Virus record (IMG/VR): IMGVR_UViG_3300027826_000008
Direction: 5' to 3' (one strand)
DNA length: 64,000 bases
Source: an uncultured virus (IMG/VR IMGVR_UViG_3300027826_000008)
Lineage: Duplodnaviria > Heunggongvirae > Uroviricota > Caudoviricetes
Of the stretch, positions 39,839 to 49,759 are shown piece after piece. Each line of letters starts with the position of its first letter. The first letter of the stretch is position 1. Below the pieces are notes generated by a model that was not told the DNA's origin, did no database searches, and saw nothing but the letters and a program-made list of their open reading frames with translations. Made by a program: the position numbers and the translations under genes.

Positions 39839-42800
39839 TTACCGGGTCGGGAACTTGGCCTTGTACCAGGCAACGTATTCCATCAACTGAAACCACGCGC
39901 CGGGCTTGCCCTGATTCGAGAACTCGTGCGTCAGGAACTCGCCATCCCCCTCGGGTCCGCGCGTGAAGTGCGTAACCGGCGCGCTGCCAGGGACTTCTGC
40001 TTCGCCCTCATCGAGCGACTGGAGGATTGGCTGCGCGGAAAATTCCGGACTGGGCGTGATGGGCGTGATCGCCATGATTCCGGAACCGATCGCGTGCCCG
40101 GTCACCGCGGAGAAGCGCAACAGCCTTCCGCCTGCAGGCCATGCCGGATTCGGCGCCTCGCGCGAGTAGGCGGGCCGGTACTTCGCCGTATATCCCGCGC
40201 CGAGATCGTCGTAAGCGCCCGGCTGCATGAAGGTGAGCGCACACCCGTTATTGTTGATCGACGCCGGAGTGCCGAGCAGCAACTGGCGGCGATTCACGCG
40301 CTGATCGACCGGCACCGCGAGCGTACGCTTCACCAAGGCCATGCACCGCGTAGGGATGGGGTCGAGGTTCCAGCGCCGCGATTGGCGATTGGCAATCCAC
40401 TCTCCACTGAGCGTCAGCATCAACGGATCCTGCCAGCCGTTGAAATAGCTCATGGTCAGAACGTAGTTGGGAGTCGCAGCGCCATCGAGCGGGACCGCAA
40501 TCTTGATTTCCTTCGCGATGTCGTCGATCACCACCTGAATCTGTTCGCCCGCTGCGCGATTGACGCGGTCCCAGGTCGCCATGCGGCTGGCATCCTGATT
40601 GTTCGCGCCGCTCAGTTCCTTACTGAGCCAATCGAGTTCGCCCTGTCCCAAGATCGGCGGATAGCGATACACACCGCTCTCCGGGTCGACGAAGATGATG
40701 TAGGAGAGCTTCGAGCTTGCGTCGCGGCCGGTCGCAATGTTGCGTCCACTCCACGGCCCATGGTTGCCCCACAGGCGATTGACGCCCCAGCGCGCAGGTA
40801 CGTCCGCTGTGGGAACTACCTGATAGCCCGCCTCTTCCTTGCAGGCAACCACCATGCCGTTCAGCAACTCGCGCACGCCGACGAGGATCGAGCCGTCTGT
40901 GGGCTCGATGTTGAGCACGTCATTCTCGCCATCCACTTCACCAAGGAAGGTCTCTTCCGAGAAGACAACGCTCGTCGGCTGGCTATCCGAAACGTACGCC
41001 ATGCGGTCGATCGAGGGGATATAGCTGAGATCGATTGCTTCCGGCACGGCGATAAAGAGCAGGTTGCCGGTGACGTCGACGCCCTCAGCGAGCGTGGTGT
41101 CGTCGAACTGGAGCAGAATGCCGACCGTTCCCGAAGCTACAAGCGTCGGCTGGCTCTGCACCACAGAGATGGTCACACCTGCAGGCGTCTGCGTCTGCGC
41201 GCCATTGGGGTCAGGAAGAGTCACGCTGGGCGCGCTGTTTCCGCTCGACACGCTCGCAAGAACGCGCAAGCCATTCAACACAGCCAGGCCGCCAGCGTAT
41301 CCAGCGATGAGCACGTCGTCGCCTGCCGTGAGTCCCGCGACCGTCGAAACCGAAAGAAAGGCATTGCCAGCGCCGTCGATCGTTTCGGAGATCACCGATG
41401 CGGAAGCGGCCACGGCTGGCTCGGGGTTCGCGAGATAGTTGAACGGACCATTCGAACTCAATCCCGCGCTCGTCAGCGCGAGGACGTCATAGGTATAGCC
41501 GGGACCCTCCTGCGAGCCAGGCGGCACAACCGCAACCGGACAAGCGCCCGGAAGCACGGTGATTTTGCAGTAGTCGGTACCGCCCGGGTTCGGCGTCAGC
41601 CCAGTCGTACTGAACGTTAGCGTGCCCTGCGGAACAGGTGCCTGCGTCGTGGTGAGCGGATCCGCGCCAAGGTCAAAACCGGGAATCACCTTCACGATCG
41701 TGAAGCTGCCGGTCCAGTCTGCTTGTGTCGAGCAGTTGACATCCAGAGTCATGCCCGCCGCATACTGCGTGACGTCGTCCACCTGGATGTACATGAACGA
41801 TCCGTCCGCCGCGACGCTGATCTGGCCCGAATCGGTAAAGCCACCTGCGAAGCTCACGGCTTGCGGCGCGTTGGGATCGACCGGCGAGAGGTTCCCCATT
41901 ACGTCCTGGCGCAACAGAACGGCGAAGCGCGTTCCGGGCTCACCCTTGAACTGCTGGCCCGAGATCGAGGCCGTGGGCGCCGTGCGGATCGGATAGAGCG
42001 TCCCGCTTCCCGGGACCGATGAAACCACGACAGGCCGATCGGCAGTGGTCTGCTCGTAAAGGTAGTACTGGGTTGGCGCGGCAGCGTTGTGAGCTACAGC
42101 GTTGACGTAGACGTTCAGGCAGGTTTGCGCGGGCCAATGCAGGCCATTCGTATCGCCCAACCCCATCACAGCCATCAGCCAGCGCGGCATCGACGGCCCG
42201 CAGAGGTTGTTTTGGAACGTGAAGGTGATCTTCTGGTTCGCGTTGGGATTGTAGAACTTGATGCCGTAGATCCACGTGCTCTCGCCCTGGCTGTTGAAGT
42301 AGGAGAACGCGAGATAGATGTCGTCTCCAGCCGGAAGGGTCCCGCCAGCTGACGGCGTGATCGTGCCGCCGATCGAAGGCGTCGGCAGGTACGCCGGAAA
42401 GCCGGGCGTCCACTCTTCCCACGCATCCAGCACATTGTTGTCAGCCGCCTGCGCGTAGGTCGGCTCGTACGTCGGCTCAAAGAAGCCGGTGAGCGTGCCC
42501 GGCCATCCGGGCTCATTCGCTCCGCTCAATCCGGTTTGTGTGCGGCGAAACCACACATTCGGGTTCGCCGTGGGAGTGACGATGTCTCCCTGAAAGTAAA
42601 GCGTGTTCGGCTGCCATGCTGCCGCGACGGGATTCTGCGGAACCGGGCACACATAGCCGGTTGCAGCGTCGAGTGCGAGCACCGGCCCGATTGCCGCCTT
42701 CAAATCGGTGAAGGCCATGTAGATGCGGTTGTAGGCCTTCGAGGTTTGCATCACCACGGTATTGGTGAACGTGGCGAGCAGTTGAATGATGGAAGCTGCA

Positions 42801-43255
42801 ATCCGCGTGTTATTGACCGGAACGAGCGTGCCGCTTCCTGCGGGAAGTTCGAGCAGTAGCTCGCCGGTCGAGGTGAACACAACCGCGACTTGCGACTTGC
42901 CCGGAATCGGCTGCCAGTCGCCAGCCTGGGGATTCGTGACGGGAATGATGCCGCGGACAGGACGGCTCAGCTGTGGATTGAGGCGGCTAGAGCCTCCGCT
43001 GGCTTGCTGGTTTCCGGGCGGCGTGGGGTTGCCGAGGACGGTGAGCACATCCACACCTGTCGGGTCGGCGTCCAGCGAAGGTAACGACGCGGCAGCGCGC
43101 AATCCCCAACGGGTCTTGACGCTCTCAGCCAGGAATTGCATGTTCTGGCAAAGAATCGCGAGCCCGTTGGGGATCTGTACCGGATCGTCCCAATCCACCT
43201 GACCGCCGAAGCGCAAAGTGCGGGCAGGGGTTAAGCCGTTTAGATTGACACTCAC
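39839..43255 (-). CDS. Probable tail nozzle / stabilisation protein (P22 gp10-like position)
   Basis: 1138 aa, beta-rich; FGG..D.DDP..IP...A..CQNM.F N-terminus; follows the adaptor. Confidence 0.65.
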   Translation of the reverse strand: MSVNLNGLTPARTLRFGGQVDWDDPVQIPNGLAILCQNMQFLAESVKTRWGLRAAASLPSLDADPTGVDVLTVLGNPTPPGNQQASGGSSRLNPQLSRPVRGIIPVTNPQAGDWQPIPGKSQVAVVFTSTGELLLELPAGSGTLVPVNNTRIAASIIQLLATFTNTVVMQTSKAYNRIYMAFTDLKAAIGPVLALDAATGYVCPVPQNPVAAAWQPNTLYFQGDIVTPTANPNVWFRRTQTGLSGANEPGWPGTLTGFFEPTYEPTYAQAADNNVLDAWEEWTPGFPAYLPTPSIGGTITPSAGGTLPAGDDIYLAFSYFNSQGESTWIYGIKFYNPNANQKITFTFQNNLCGPSMPRWLMAVMGLGDTNGLHWPAQTCLNVYVNAVAHNAAAPTQYYLYEQTTADRPVVVSSVPGSGTLYPIRTAPTASISGQQFKGEPGTRFAVLLRQDVMGNLSPVDPNAPQAVSFAGGFTDSGQISVAADGSFMYIQVDDVTQYAAGMTLDVNCSTQADWTGSFTIVKVIPGFDLGADPLTTTQAPVPQGTLTFSTTGLTPNPGGTDYCKITVLPGACPVAVVPPGSQEGPGYTYDVLALTSAGLSSNGPFNYLANPEPAVAASASVISETIDGAGNAFLSVSTVAGLTAGDDVLIAGYAGGLAVLNGLRVLASVSSGNSAPSVTLPDPNGAQTQTPAGVTISVVQSQPTLVASGTVGILLQFDDTTLAEGVDVTGNLLFIAVPEAIDLSYIPSIDRMAYVSDSQPTSVVFSEETFLGEVDGENDVLNIEPTDGSILVGVRELLNGMVVACKEEAGYQVVPTADVPARWGVNRLWGNHGPWSGRNIATGRDASSKLSYIIFVDPESGVYRYPPILGQGELDWLSKELSGANNQDASRMATWDRVNRAAGEQIQVVIDDIAKEIKIAVPLDGAATPNYVLTMSYFNGWQDPLMLTLSGEWIANRQSRRWNLDPIPTRCMALVKRTLAVPVDQRVNRRQLLLGTPASINNNGCALTFMQPGAYDDLGAGYTAKYRPAYSREAPNPAWPAGGRLLRFSAVTGHAIGSGIMAITPITPSPEFSAQPILQSLDEGEAEVPGSAPVTHFTRGPEGDGEFLTHEFSNQGKPGAWFQLMEYVAWYKAKFPTR

Positions 43256-43267
43256 GGCTTAGGAGTC

Positions 43268-43678
43268 TTAGTTGTACTTCAGTGGAGCGTACACGTGGAC
43301 GACGAACGGCTCGGCCTTTTGCGCCGCGCTATACGCGCCGCTGGCCATCTCGTTGCCGCCGCTGCCGAAGATGCGCATCGCGTAGTTGGCCGGCGTCGGG
43401 GCAACCGCGTTCGGCTCGATGATCGCGCTGAAGCCCGCGATTTCATTCAGGACCTTGATGTCCTGCATTAACGGCAAGCGCCCGGCCGGTGGACCGGCTG
43501 GAATCTTGGGCCGTGCAACGAAGTTCGGATTGCTCGCGCCGTTGAAGTTGATGGTCTCACCCGGGGTGCCAATCACTCCGCCGCTGTTCAGGTAGTTGGC
43601 AGATAGCGTGATCAGGAACTCCCAGATCACCAAACCCTTGATGATGATTTTCTTGTTGAGTTGAACCGTGTTCGCCAT
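43268..43678 (-). CDS. Hypothetical virion structural protein
   Basis: AGGAG SD; beta-rich, Y..GG motif. Confidence 0.6.
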   Translation of the reverse strand: MANTVQLNKKIIIKGLVIWEFLITLSANYLNSGGVIGTPGETINFNGASNPNFVARPKIPAGPPAGRLPLMQDIKVLNEIAGFSAIIEPNAVAPTPANYAMRIFGSGGNEMASGAYSAAQKAEPFVVHVYAPLKYN

Positions 43679-43708
43679 TTTGAGATTGTTCTCCTTTGGG
43701 AAGATCCG

Positions 43709-44449
43709 CTACCCGACGATCGGAGGCTGCCAACCGCCCATGGGACGCCCGCTCGGTGAAGCCGACCGGCGCCCTCCCAAGCGGTTGGGCTTGCTATGCT
43801 GCGACTTCACGGAAAGCCCTTCAAAGTCTGCGCAGGCCCGCTCGTAGTACCCATTGAACTGGGCCACTCCATCACCGCCGCGCGACATACAAATCTTTTC
43901 GCAGCACCGATAGACGTACACGTTCGTCAGTCCGAGCGCCTGCTGCGCGGAATTCGAATTCAACTGGATTGCCGTAGCGACGAAGCGAATGCGCAGGTCA
44001 ACCGGCTCCTCGCAAGGGCTGATCAGCAAAACGCCTCCGCGCCATTCGTAGCTCTCGACCGTGGGGTCGTCACTCTCTACGGGAGTGCCCGGAGCACCTG
44101 TTCCGGTATCGGTGTCGACGACCTTGTCGACAAGCTCAACCGGGTCCCACTGTTCTTGGGTTTGTCCCGCGAGCCGCCACTCCACGCTTTTCGGCAGGAT
44201 CATCTCCGCAAGCTCCCCGCCCGTTTGCTGAAAACTGGCAAGGCTCGTGGTGTTGGCCGGGATGTTGAACAGGATTACTTCCTGCGTGTTGTAGTTCAGA
44301 TCGAGAAGCTGGAGACGCACAGCGATGTCGTCGCCAACGGTCACCAGCTTCCCGAGGATGTAATCCGGGTCCGTCCAACTCGAACTCGATTCCCCGGTGA
44401 GGTCTTCGAGTTCGTTCTGCACGCGCGTAATGATGTCTTGAACGGCCAT
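43709..44449 (-). CDS. Probable head-tail adaptor
   Basis: MAVQDIITRVQNELED...WTD..IL N-terminus; position between capsid and nozzle. Confidence 0.65.
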   Translation of the reverse strand: MAVQDIITRVQNELEDLTGESSSSWTDPDYILGKLVTVGDDIAVRLQLLDLNYNTQEVILFNIPANTTSLASFQQTGGELAEMILPKSVEWRLAGQTQEQWDPVELVDKVVDTDTGTGAPGTPVESDDPTVESYEWRGGVLLISPCEEPVDLRIRFVATAIQLNSNSAQQALGLTNVYVYRCCEKICMSRGGDGVAQFNGYYERACADFEGLSVKSQHSKPNRLGGRRSASPSGRPMGGWQPPIVG

Positions 44450-44464
44450 AGGTTTGGGTAGGCG

Positions 44465-44665
44465 CTACTTCTTCGTCGCAATGCAGTCGGCGTGCACCGA
44501 AACGTGATCGCACAGAAGGCTGCCGTCCGGCTGCCCGACGCAAGGCTTGTGAAAGTCCGTAATCTTCACCCGGGAACACTGTTGCGGGATGACGATCCGG
44601 GCAGGCTGCTTTCCCGCGCAGCCACACAGAGCCAGCAACGCGGGCAGCAGAAGACGTAGCGCCAT
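44465..44665 (-). CDS. Small lipoprotein (o-spanin-like)
   Basis: Signal peptide with lipobox LCGC; Pro/Cys-containing mature part. Confidence 0.55.
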   Translation of the reverse strand: MALRLLLPALLALCGCAGKQPARIVIPQQCSRVKITDFHKPCVGQPDGSLLCDHVSVHADCIATKK

Positions 44666-44669
44666 CGGT

Positions 44670-45656
44670 TTAACCTTTCTTCTTGCTGTCGGGTAGCTCG
44701 ATGCCCCAGGCGATGAGCTTCTCTTCGGTGAGAATGTTGCCTTTCACGAGCACCTTGAGTTCGTTCAGATTGCAGCGCTTCGCGACAAGCTTCGCGCCGG
44801 GCGTCTCGTCGTCGATCATCAGCTTGGCGAACGCATCGAAAGGCCGCAGCACGCGGTTGCAGTGACGGCAGATCACCGAGCCGGGCTCGACGTTCTGCTG
44901 ACATTGGTCGCACTTCTCGTTGGCCTTGCGTCCGGGCTCGACCATTTCCTCATACCACGCGGGTAGCGATTTCAGGCGCCCGATGCGGTAGAGATATTGG
45001 GCAATCCAGCGGTGGTACTTGCCTTTGCCGACAAGATCACGCCAGGAGTTCGTCGTCTGACGCGAGGTGTAGGCGTCAGAGAAGCGGTTGTACATCGTCT
45101 CGTAATAAAGCATTTGCGAAGCGTGGGCGGCTTCGAGGCGCTCGCGCTCCATGTCTCTGGTTTCCGGGTTCGCCAGCGGAATATGCGCGCCTTCGTAGCA
45201 GAAGACGCCGCCGCGATCGGCGCCCAGATTGTTCTGGTGGACCGCATCCTCTGCCTGCTCGATCGGCCAGATGTGGCTCGACTCGTTCACTTCCTCGTAA
45301 TCAAGCTGGCCGACGAGGTACTTGCGCTGCGAGGGGCGCCACATCGTAAAGACGTACTGGGTAAATGGGATGTGCAGCCCGTTCGAGAGCTTCAGCTTTG
45401 CCGCGTTGTTCCAGTGATCTTCACTGAGCGGCACTGCCGGGATCCGGATGTCCGCCTGGTGGATCGGCCCAGTCACAGGCCAGTGGAACGGGTGCAGGCT
45501 GATGACGGATGCCGGTTGCCAGCCGCGGCGATTGGCTTCTGTGACGAGCCTTTGATACGACTCCCATGCGCGCTGCTGCAGTGGAGTCAGAAACGGGTCG
45601 TGTCCCTTCGCGTAATTCTCGTTCGGCTGCATTACGATCGATTGACCTGCTGACAT
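44670..45656 (-). CDS. Hypothetical protein with C-terminal Zn ribbon
   Basis: AAGGAG SD; CDQC...CRHC. Confidence 0.7.
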   Translation of the reverse strand: MSAGQSIVMQPNENYAKGHDPFLTPLQQRAWESYQRLVTEANRRGWQPASVISLHPFHWPVTGPIHQADIRIPAVPLSEDHWNNAAKLKLSNGLHIPFTQYVFTMWRPSQRKYLVGQLDYEEVNESSHIWPIEQAEDAVHQNNLGADRGGVFCYEGAHIPLANPETRDMERERLEAAHASQMLYYETMYNRFSDAYTSRQTTNSWRDLVGKGKYHRWIAQYLYRIGRLKSLPAWYEEMVEPGRKANEKCDQCQQNVEPGSVICRHCNRVLRPFDAFAKLMIDDETPGAKLVAKRCNLNELKVLVKGNILTEEKLIAWGIELPDSKKKG

Positions 45657-45719
45657 CGGTGTTCTCCTTTTCTGCGGTGGATTGGCCCGCGCCCTCACGC
45701 TCGGGGCTTAGGCCGAAAG

Positions 45720-46559
45720 TTAGTTGCCTACGTGGCCCAGCTTTATTCCCTGCTCCCGACAACGCCGCGCCAGCTGCTCGCGAATGCGACCGCCTTCGAG
45801 CGTGTCGGAGAAGATTGGACTCATGCGATCACGGAGCTTTAACTCGTACTCCTCGCGCTGTTTGCGCTCGTATTGCTCCCTCGCCTTCTGCATATCGCGG
45901 AGGGTGATCAGCATCCGGTATTCCACGTTGGGCGAGGACTGCTCGCTGATCTTCCGCTCATGGTGCTGAATCGCGCGCTCCATCCAGCTTTCGCTCGGGA
46001 TGGTCGGGAACGTCTCATGGAAAGCGCCCTTCGCCATGTGGACGAATTGCCGTTCATACTGCCCGTGCGCTGGGAACTCTCCGAGAATCGGCAGATCCGG
46101 GCGCCCTTTGACGTGCATGTCGTAGTGTTCGCGGCTGTAGTAGCTCGGCGGATACCACACCTGCAGCAGCCATCCCTTCACATCGGTGTAGCGCGGGATC
46201 CAGCGCATCTCTTCCACCACGCGCGTGGGCTGATTCTTCTTCACGCCCACGAATGCCGGGACGTCGGATTCCACTGCAATCTCGCGGCTGTGGTCCGTGG
46301 GATCGCGCATGATGTAGGTCGACTTGCGCGTCCGCTCTGAGAATTCAAGCCCGCCTTGGTCGAGCAATGCGGTGTCGTCGGGCCAGTCGTGCCAGCGTGC
46401 ACCCTGCTGGATCATCACGCACTGTGCCAGGACGAGGCGGTAGCGGTTTTCTCCCCAAGGGTTGACGCCGCCCACATCGCGGAGAAACTTGCGAATGTGC
46501 TTCGGCGCCCGGCCTTCAGGAAGGACATCGGGGCGTTCGGGTTTGAGTTCAGTAGCCAT
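45720..46559 (-). CDS. Hypothetical phage protein downstream of the capsid gene
   Basis: GG.NPWGE.RYRLV and WLLQVWYPP motifs. Confidence 0.7.
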   Translation of the reverse strand: MATELKPERPDVLPEGRAPKHIRKFLRDVGGVNPWGENRYRLVLAQCVMIQQGARWHDWPDDTALLDQGGLEFSERTRKSTYIMRDPTDHSREIAVESDVPAFVGVKKNQPTRVVEEMRWIPRYTDVKGWLLQVWYPPSYYSREHYDMHVKGRPDLPILGEFPAHGQYERQFVHMAKGAFHETFPTIPSESWMERAIQHHERKISEQSSPNVEYRMLITLRDMQKAREQYERKQREEYELKLRDRMSPIFSDTLEGGRIREQLARRCREQGIKLGHVGN

Positions 46560-46562
46560 AGA

Positions 46563-46594
46563 GAAAAACAAAGGGCAGAGCCGAAGCTCTGCCC
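46563..46594 (-). terminator. Intrinsic terminator after the major capsid gene
   Basis: GGGCAGAGC-TTCG-GCTCTGCCC followed by TTTGTTTTT. Confidence 0.85.
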
Positions 46595-46621
46595 ATCGTT
46601 GGGGCCGCCACTCGACAGGCT

Positions 46622-47923
46622 TTAGAAGCCCTGCAGAGTTCCAGCCGGCACACCGGCTCCGGTGATGACGCCGTGCGCGGGCGCCAGGTCGGTGAAGAAC
46701 TGCTCGAAATTGAGATACGCCGAAGCGTATTGCAAGTTCGGAGTTCCGCCCTGGTTATAGGTGTTGTAGACCCGGCTTCCGTTGACGAGCGGGAAGTAGG
46801 GCTCTTTGAACATCACGCGACCCACTGCCTTGGGAGCAATGAGATACCACGCCTGCTGATCCGCGTGCTGTCCCCATTTGATCGGCTTGCCTTCGATCGT
46901 CGGCGCGCCACGGAAGAACGGGTCGAAGCCTTCGGCTTCTCCGCCTGCCAGCGGGATGAACTCGAGGTCGTACCCGATTTCCTTCAGGCTGTTCACCTGA
47001 GAGTCATGGGTGTACCAGAAATCCGTCCCTACGGTCTCTTCCTTGATGCGGGCACGGCGCTGCGAGAGAAGCAACTGAATCGCAGAGCGCGTGATCGAAG
47101 ATCCGCCCATATCGAAACCGTTCGCGACAACCTGCGGCGTCGTGCGCGGAACACCATGCAACTCGCCGACGATGCCGTAGCTGATGAGGTAGCGCAACCC
47201 ATTCAGCCACTTCGGCACGCCGTCCGTCAGGCCACCGTAGCGGACGATGTCGTTCGCCTGCGGGTTGCCGTTGCCGGTCGTTCCAACCTGCGCGTTCTGC
47301 AGGGTGGTCAGATACTGCTGCGCACCGAGCAGCGCGCCCTTGTTCACCACCGTCAGGGAGCAACGGGTGATGTTCGCAGGGTTGGCGTTCGCGGGCGAGC
47401 AGATGTCAACCGTCTGACCGATTTCGATGTCGCGCGCACCGAAGGGCGTCGGGTTGAGGTTCAGGGTCTGGGCGTTGGGCGGGTTGGCGGAAAGCGTTGC
47501 CAGCGTGCCCGTGCTATCGGTGTGGAGGCCGATGTCTTCCCAGTTCTTCATCATCGTGGTCAGGTCGCCCAGGCCTTTGGTGATCGCGTTTTGAATCGCG
47601 ACACCGTCGACTTTGACGCCGACCATTGCCATCAACTCTGTCCAGTTCATCGCGGTCGAGAGCGAGACCGGAGTCACGCCACCAGCGATGTACTGCGAGA
47701 AGGAGCCCAGAGGCAGCGCACCACCGTCAGGCTGCACCGAGCGGCTATCGCCACCAGCCAGCGCAATCTGTTGCACGATACGGTAGAGGCGGTTAGAGAC
47801 CCGCTGCGCGCGGCCGTTCTTGAACTGCGAGCACAGGGTATCGGAGGTGATCAGGTTTTCGTTGATCACGTCCGACACACCTTCGAGCGTCAGGTTGATC
47901 AGCGAGGAGACGTCTGCGTTCAT
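46622..47923 (-). CDS. Major capsid protein
   Basis: 433 aa, after scaffold and before a strong terminator; HK97-like features (NGLRYLI...LHGVPRTT, AHGVITG). Confidence 0.8.
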   Translation of the reverse strand: MNADVSSLINLTLEGVSDVINENLITSDTLCSQFKNGRAQRVSNRLYRIVQQIALAGGDSRSVQPDGGALPLGSFSQYIAGGVTPVSLSTAMNWTELMAMVGVKVDGVAIQNAITKGLGDLTTMMKNWEDIGLHTDSTGTLATLSANPPNAQTLNLNPTPFGARDIEIGQTVDICSPANANPANITRCSLTVVNKGALLGAQQYLTTLQNAQVGTTGNGNPQANDIVRYGGLTDGVPKWLNGLRYLISYGIVGELHGVPRTTPQVVANGFDMGGSSITRSAIQLLLSQRRARIKEETVGTDFWYTHDSQVNSLKEIGYDLEFIPLAGGEAEGFDPFFRGAPTIEGKPIKWGQHADQQAWYLIAPKAVGRVMFKEPYFPLVNGSRVYNTYNQGGTPNLQYASAYLNFEQFFTDLAPAHGVITGAGVPAGTLQGF

Positions 47924-47998
47924 GTTGGTTCTCAGTCGCAGCCACGCGGCTGCGAGGGTTCGCGGTCATCGGCCTTACGATGAGCCGTCGTTAGGGGT

Positions 47999-49606
47999 TC
48001 ACGCGACTTGCGTGGCTTTGCGCAGGCGCAGGCTTTCCGCCAAGATTTCGCCATCGTCGGGGTACGCAACACCCGCGGCTTTCAGGTTCTTAATCGCCTG
48101 TTCGCGGATCTGCGCTCCGGTCTGGAGGGCTGGGCCTTTCGCGTTTGGCGCGGTGCCCGAGCCCTGATTCATCTTGTCGTTGGCCTGTTGTGTCTCTTGC
48201 TTCGCTTGTTTCTGCTGGCTGCGGGTCATGAGCTTGCCCCCCGCGGCCTGAATTTCTCTTTCGAGAACTCGTTTTGCCTCACGCTCGAAGCCCAGCTTCG
48301 CCAGAGTGACGAGTTGCTTCTTCGTCTCCGGCGTAGCGGGGAGCGTCTGCAGGTGAGCCTTTTGGGCTTGGAAGTGGCGGTTTTTGCCGAGCGCCTCCCA
48401 TGCTTCCGCGTTCACCTTGTCGGAAATGGACGCCTTCGTGTAGTCATCGAGCGCGGTGCGATTCAGCACGCCCGCGACGAAGTTCGACGCTGCGGTCGTC
48501 GTCTCGTTAAACACGCTGTCGTCAAAGGTTTTGATCTCTGCCTGGCGCGCCTCTTCGTTGCGCTTCTCCGCTTCCTGTCTGGTGCGGTTGGCGTCATCGA
48601 TGAGCTTCTGATCCTCGGGCGAGCGTTGTGTGGCGCCGTTGCCGCTGGCCTTCGGAACCTTGTAGCCGTTGTCGCGGAACTCCTGCGCCAGAATCAGCGC
48701 ATCCTTGATCCGCTCCAGCGCCTGCTTGGTCTCTTCGCCTGCTTCGCCTTGCGCCTCGGCAGCCTTGATCTGCGCGTCCACGGCCCGGACGCCCATGACC
48801 GTTTCCATCTGGTTCGCGGCTTCGAAGAAGCGCCCGATCGAGCCGTCCGTCTGATAGCTGCCGTCAGGGTTGGTGAGCGGGTCGCCGGTCTTCGGATCGC
48901 GCAGCACCGAGAGCGGCAGCATGGTGCCGGTCACGAAGTCGTCGAAGCTCTTGAGATCGGAGACCTTTGGGAAACCCTGCTCGATGTCGTAGAAGTGATT
49001 CGCGCTGTCGGCTGCAAACTTTGCAGAATCAACAGTCGGAAAGACTTCCGCGTACTGATCACTCAGCGCCGCACGGCGCGAGGTCTCATACATCACTTCC
49101 GGGTCAAGGCCTGCTTTCTCGAGCGCCGCAGCGAGTTCCGGGTTCTCGGTGATTGCCTTCGCAAGCGTCTCGACCGGCAACGGTCCCAGCTTGTCGAGCG
49201 GGTTGGGCTCCCCTGCGGCAGCGGCGTCGGCAGCAGCTTTGTCTTCCGCCGCCTTCTTCTCGGCTGCGATCTGCTCGGGAGTCTTGCCTCCGGCTGCAGC
49301 TGCATCGGCAGCGGCTTTGTCATCAGCGGCTTTCTTCTCCGCTGCAATCTGTTCCGCGGTCTTGGTCTCGGCGCCAGGCTTTTCAAGTTCGAAGCCGGGC
49401 GTGCGATTCATCACCTTCGCAACCGCATCCCGCATCTTTGTTTCGGGATCGGCGGGCGTCGATGGTGCCGCTGACGTCGACGGTGCTGCGGGTGTTGATG
49501 GTGCCGCAGGAGTCGACGGCGCTGCAGGAGTACTCGGTGCGCCACCTCCGCCTACGTCTCCGCCTGCTGTCGGTGTTTCTACTGCTGCTCCAGATTCTTC
49601 AAACAT
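47999..49606 (-). CDS. Probable scaffolding protein
   Basis: Acidic Ala/Pro-rich N-terminus and coiled coils; between portal and capsid. Confidence 0.75.
   Translation of the reverse strand: MFEESGAAVETPTAGGDVGGGGAPSTPAAPSTPAAPSTPAAPSTSAAPSTPADPETKMRDAVAKVMNRTPGFELEKPGAETKTAEQIAAEKKAADDKAAADAAAAGGKTPEQIAAEKKAAEDKAAADAAAAGEPNPLDKLGPLPVETLAKAITENPELAAALEKAGLDPEVMYETSRRAALSDQYAEVFPTVDSAKFAADSANHFYDIEQGFPKVSDLKSFDDFVTGTMLPLSVLRDPKTGDPLTNPDGSYQTDGSIGRFFEAANQMETVMGVRAVDAQIKAAEAQGEAGEETKQALERIKDALILAQEFRDNGYKVPKASGNGATQRSPEDQKLIDDANRTRQEAEKRNEEARQAEIKTFDDSVFNETTTAASNFVAGVLNRTALDDYTKASISDKVNAEAWEALGKNRHFQAQKAHLQTLPATPETKKQLVTLAKLGFEREAKRVLEREIQAAGGKLMTRSQQKQAKQETQQANDKMNQGSGTAPNAKGPALQTGAQIREQAIKNLKAAGVAYPDDGEILAESLRLRKATQVA
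49210..49545 (-). repeat. Coding tandem repeats in the scaffold gene
   Basis: About five PSTPAA units (18 bp) and two EQIAAEKKAA.DKAAADAAAAG units. Confidence 0.8.
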
Positions 49607-49704
49607 CGCAAACTTCTCCTTTCACCTCTCAAGCTCGGAGGTGTGTGTCGGTTGAGGTTTCGGTGTGTGGCTACTACGACTTGCGCGGGAACAACGGCAA
49701 CTGC

Positions 49705-49734
49705 AACAAAGGCCGCCGAATCTTCGGCGGCCTT
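49705..49734 (-). terminator. Intrinsic terminator after the portal gene
   Basis: AAGGCCGCCGAA-GA-TTCGGCGGCCTT followed by TGTT. Confidence 0.75.
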
Positions 49735-49759
49735 CCTACTGCTAAGAGAATGCGCGGCT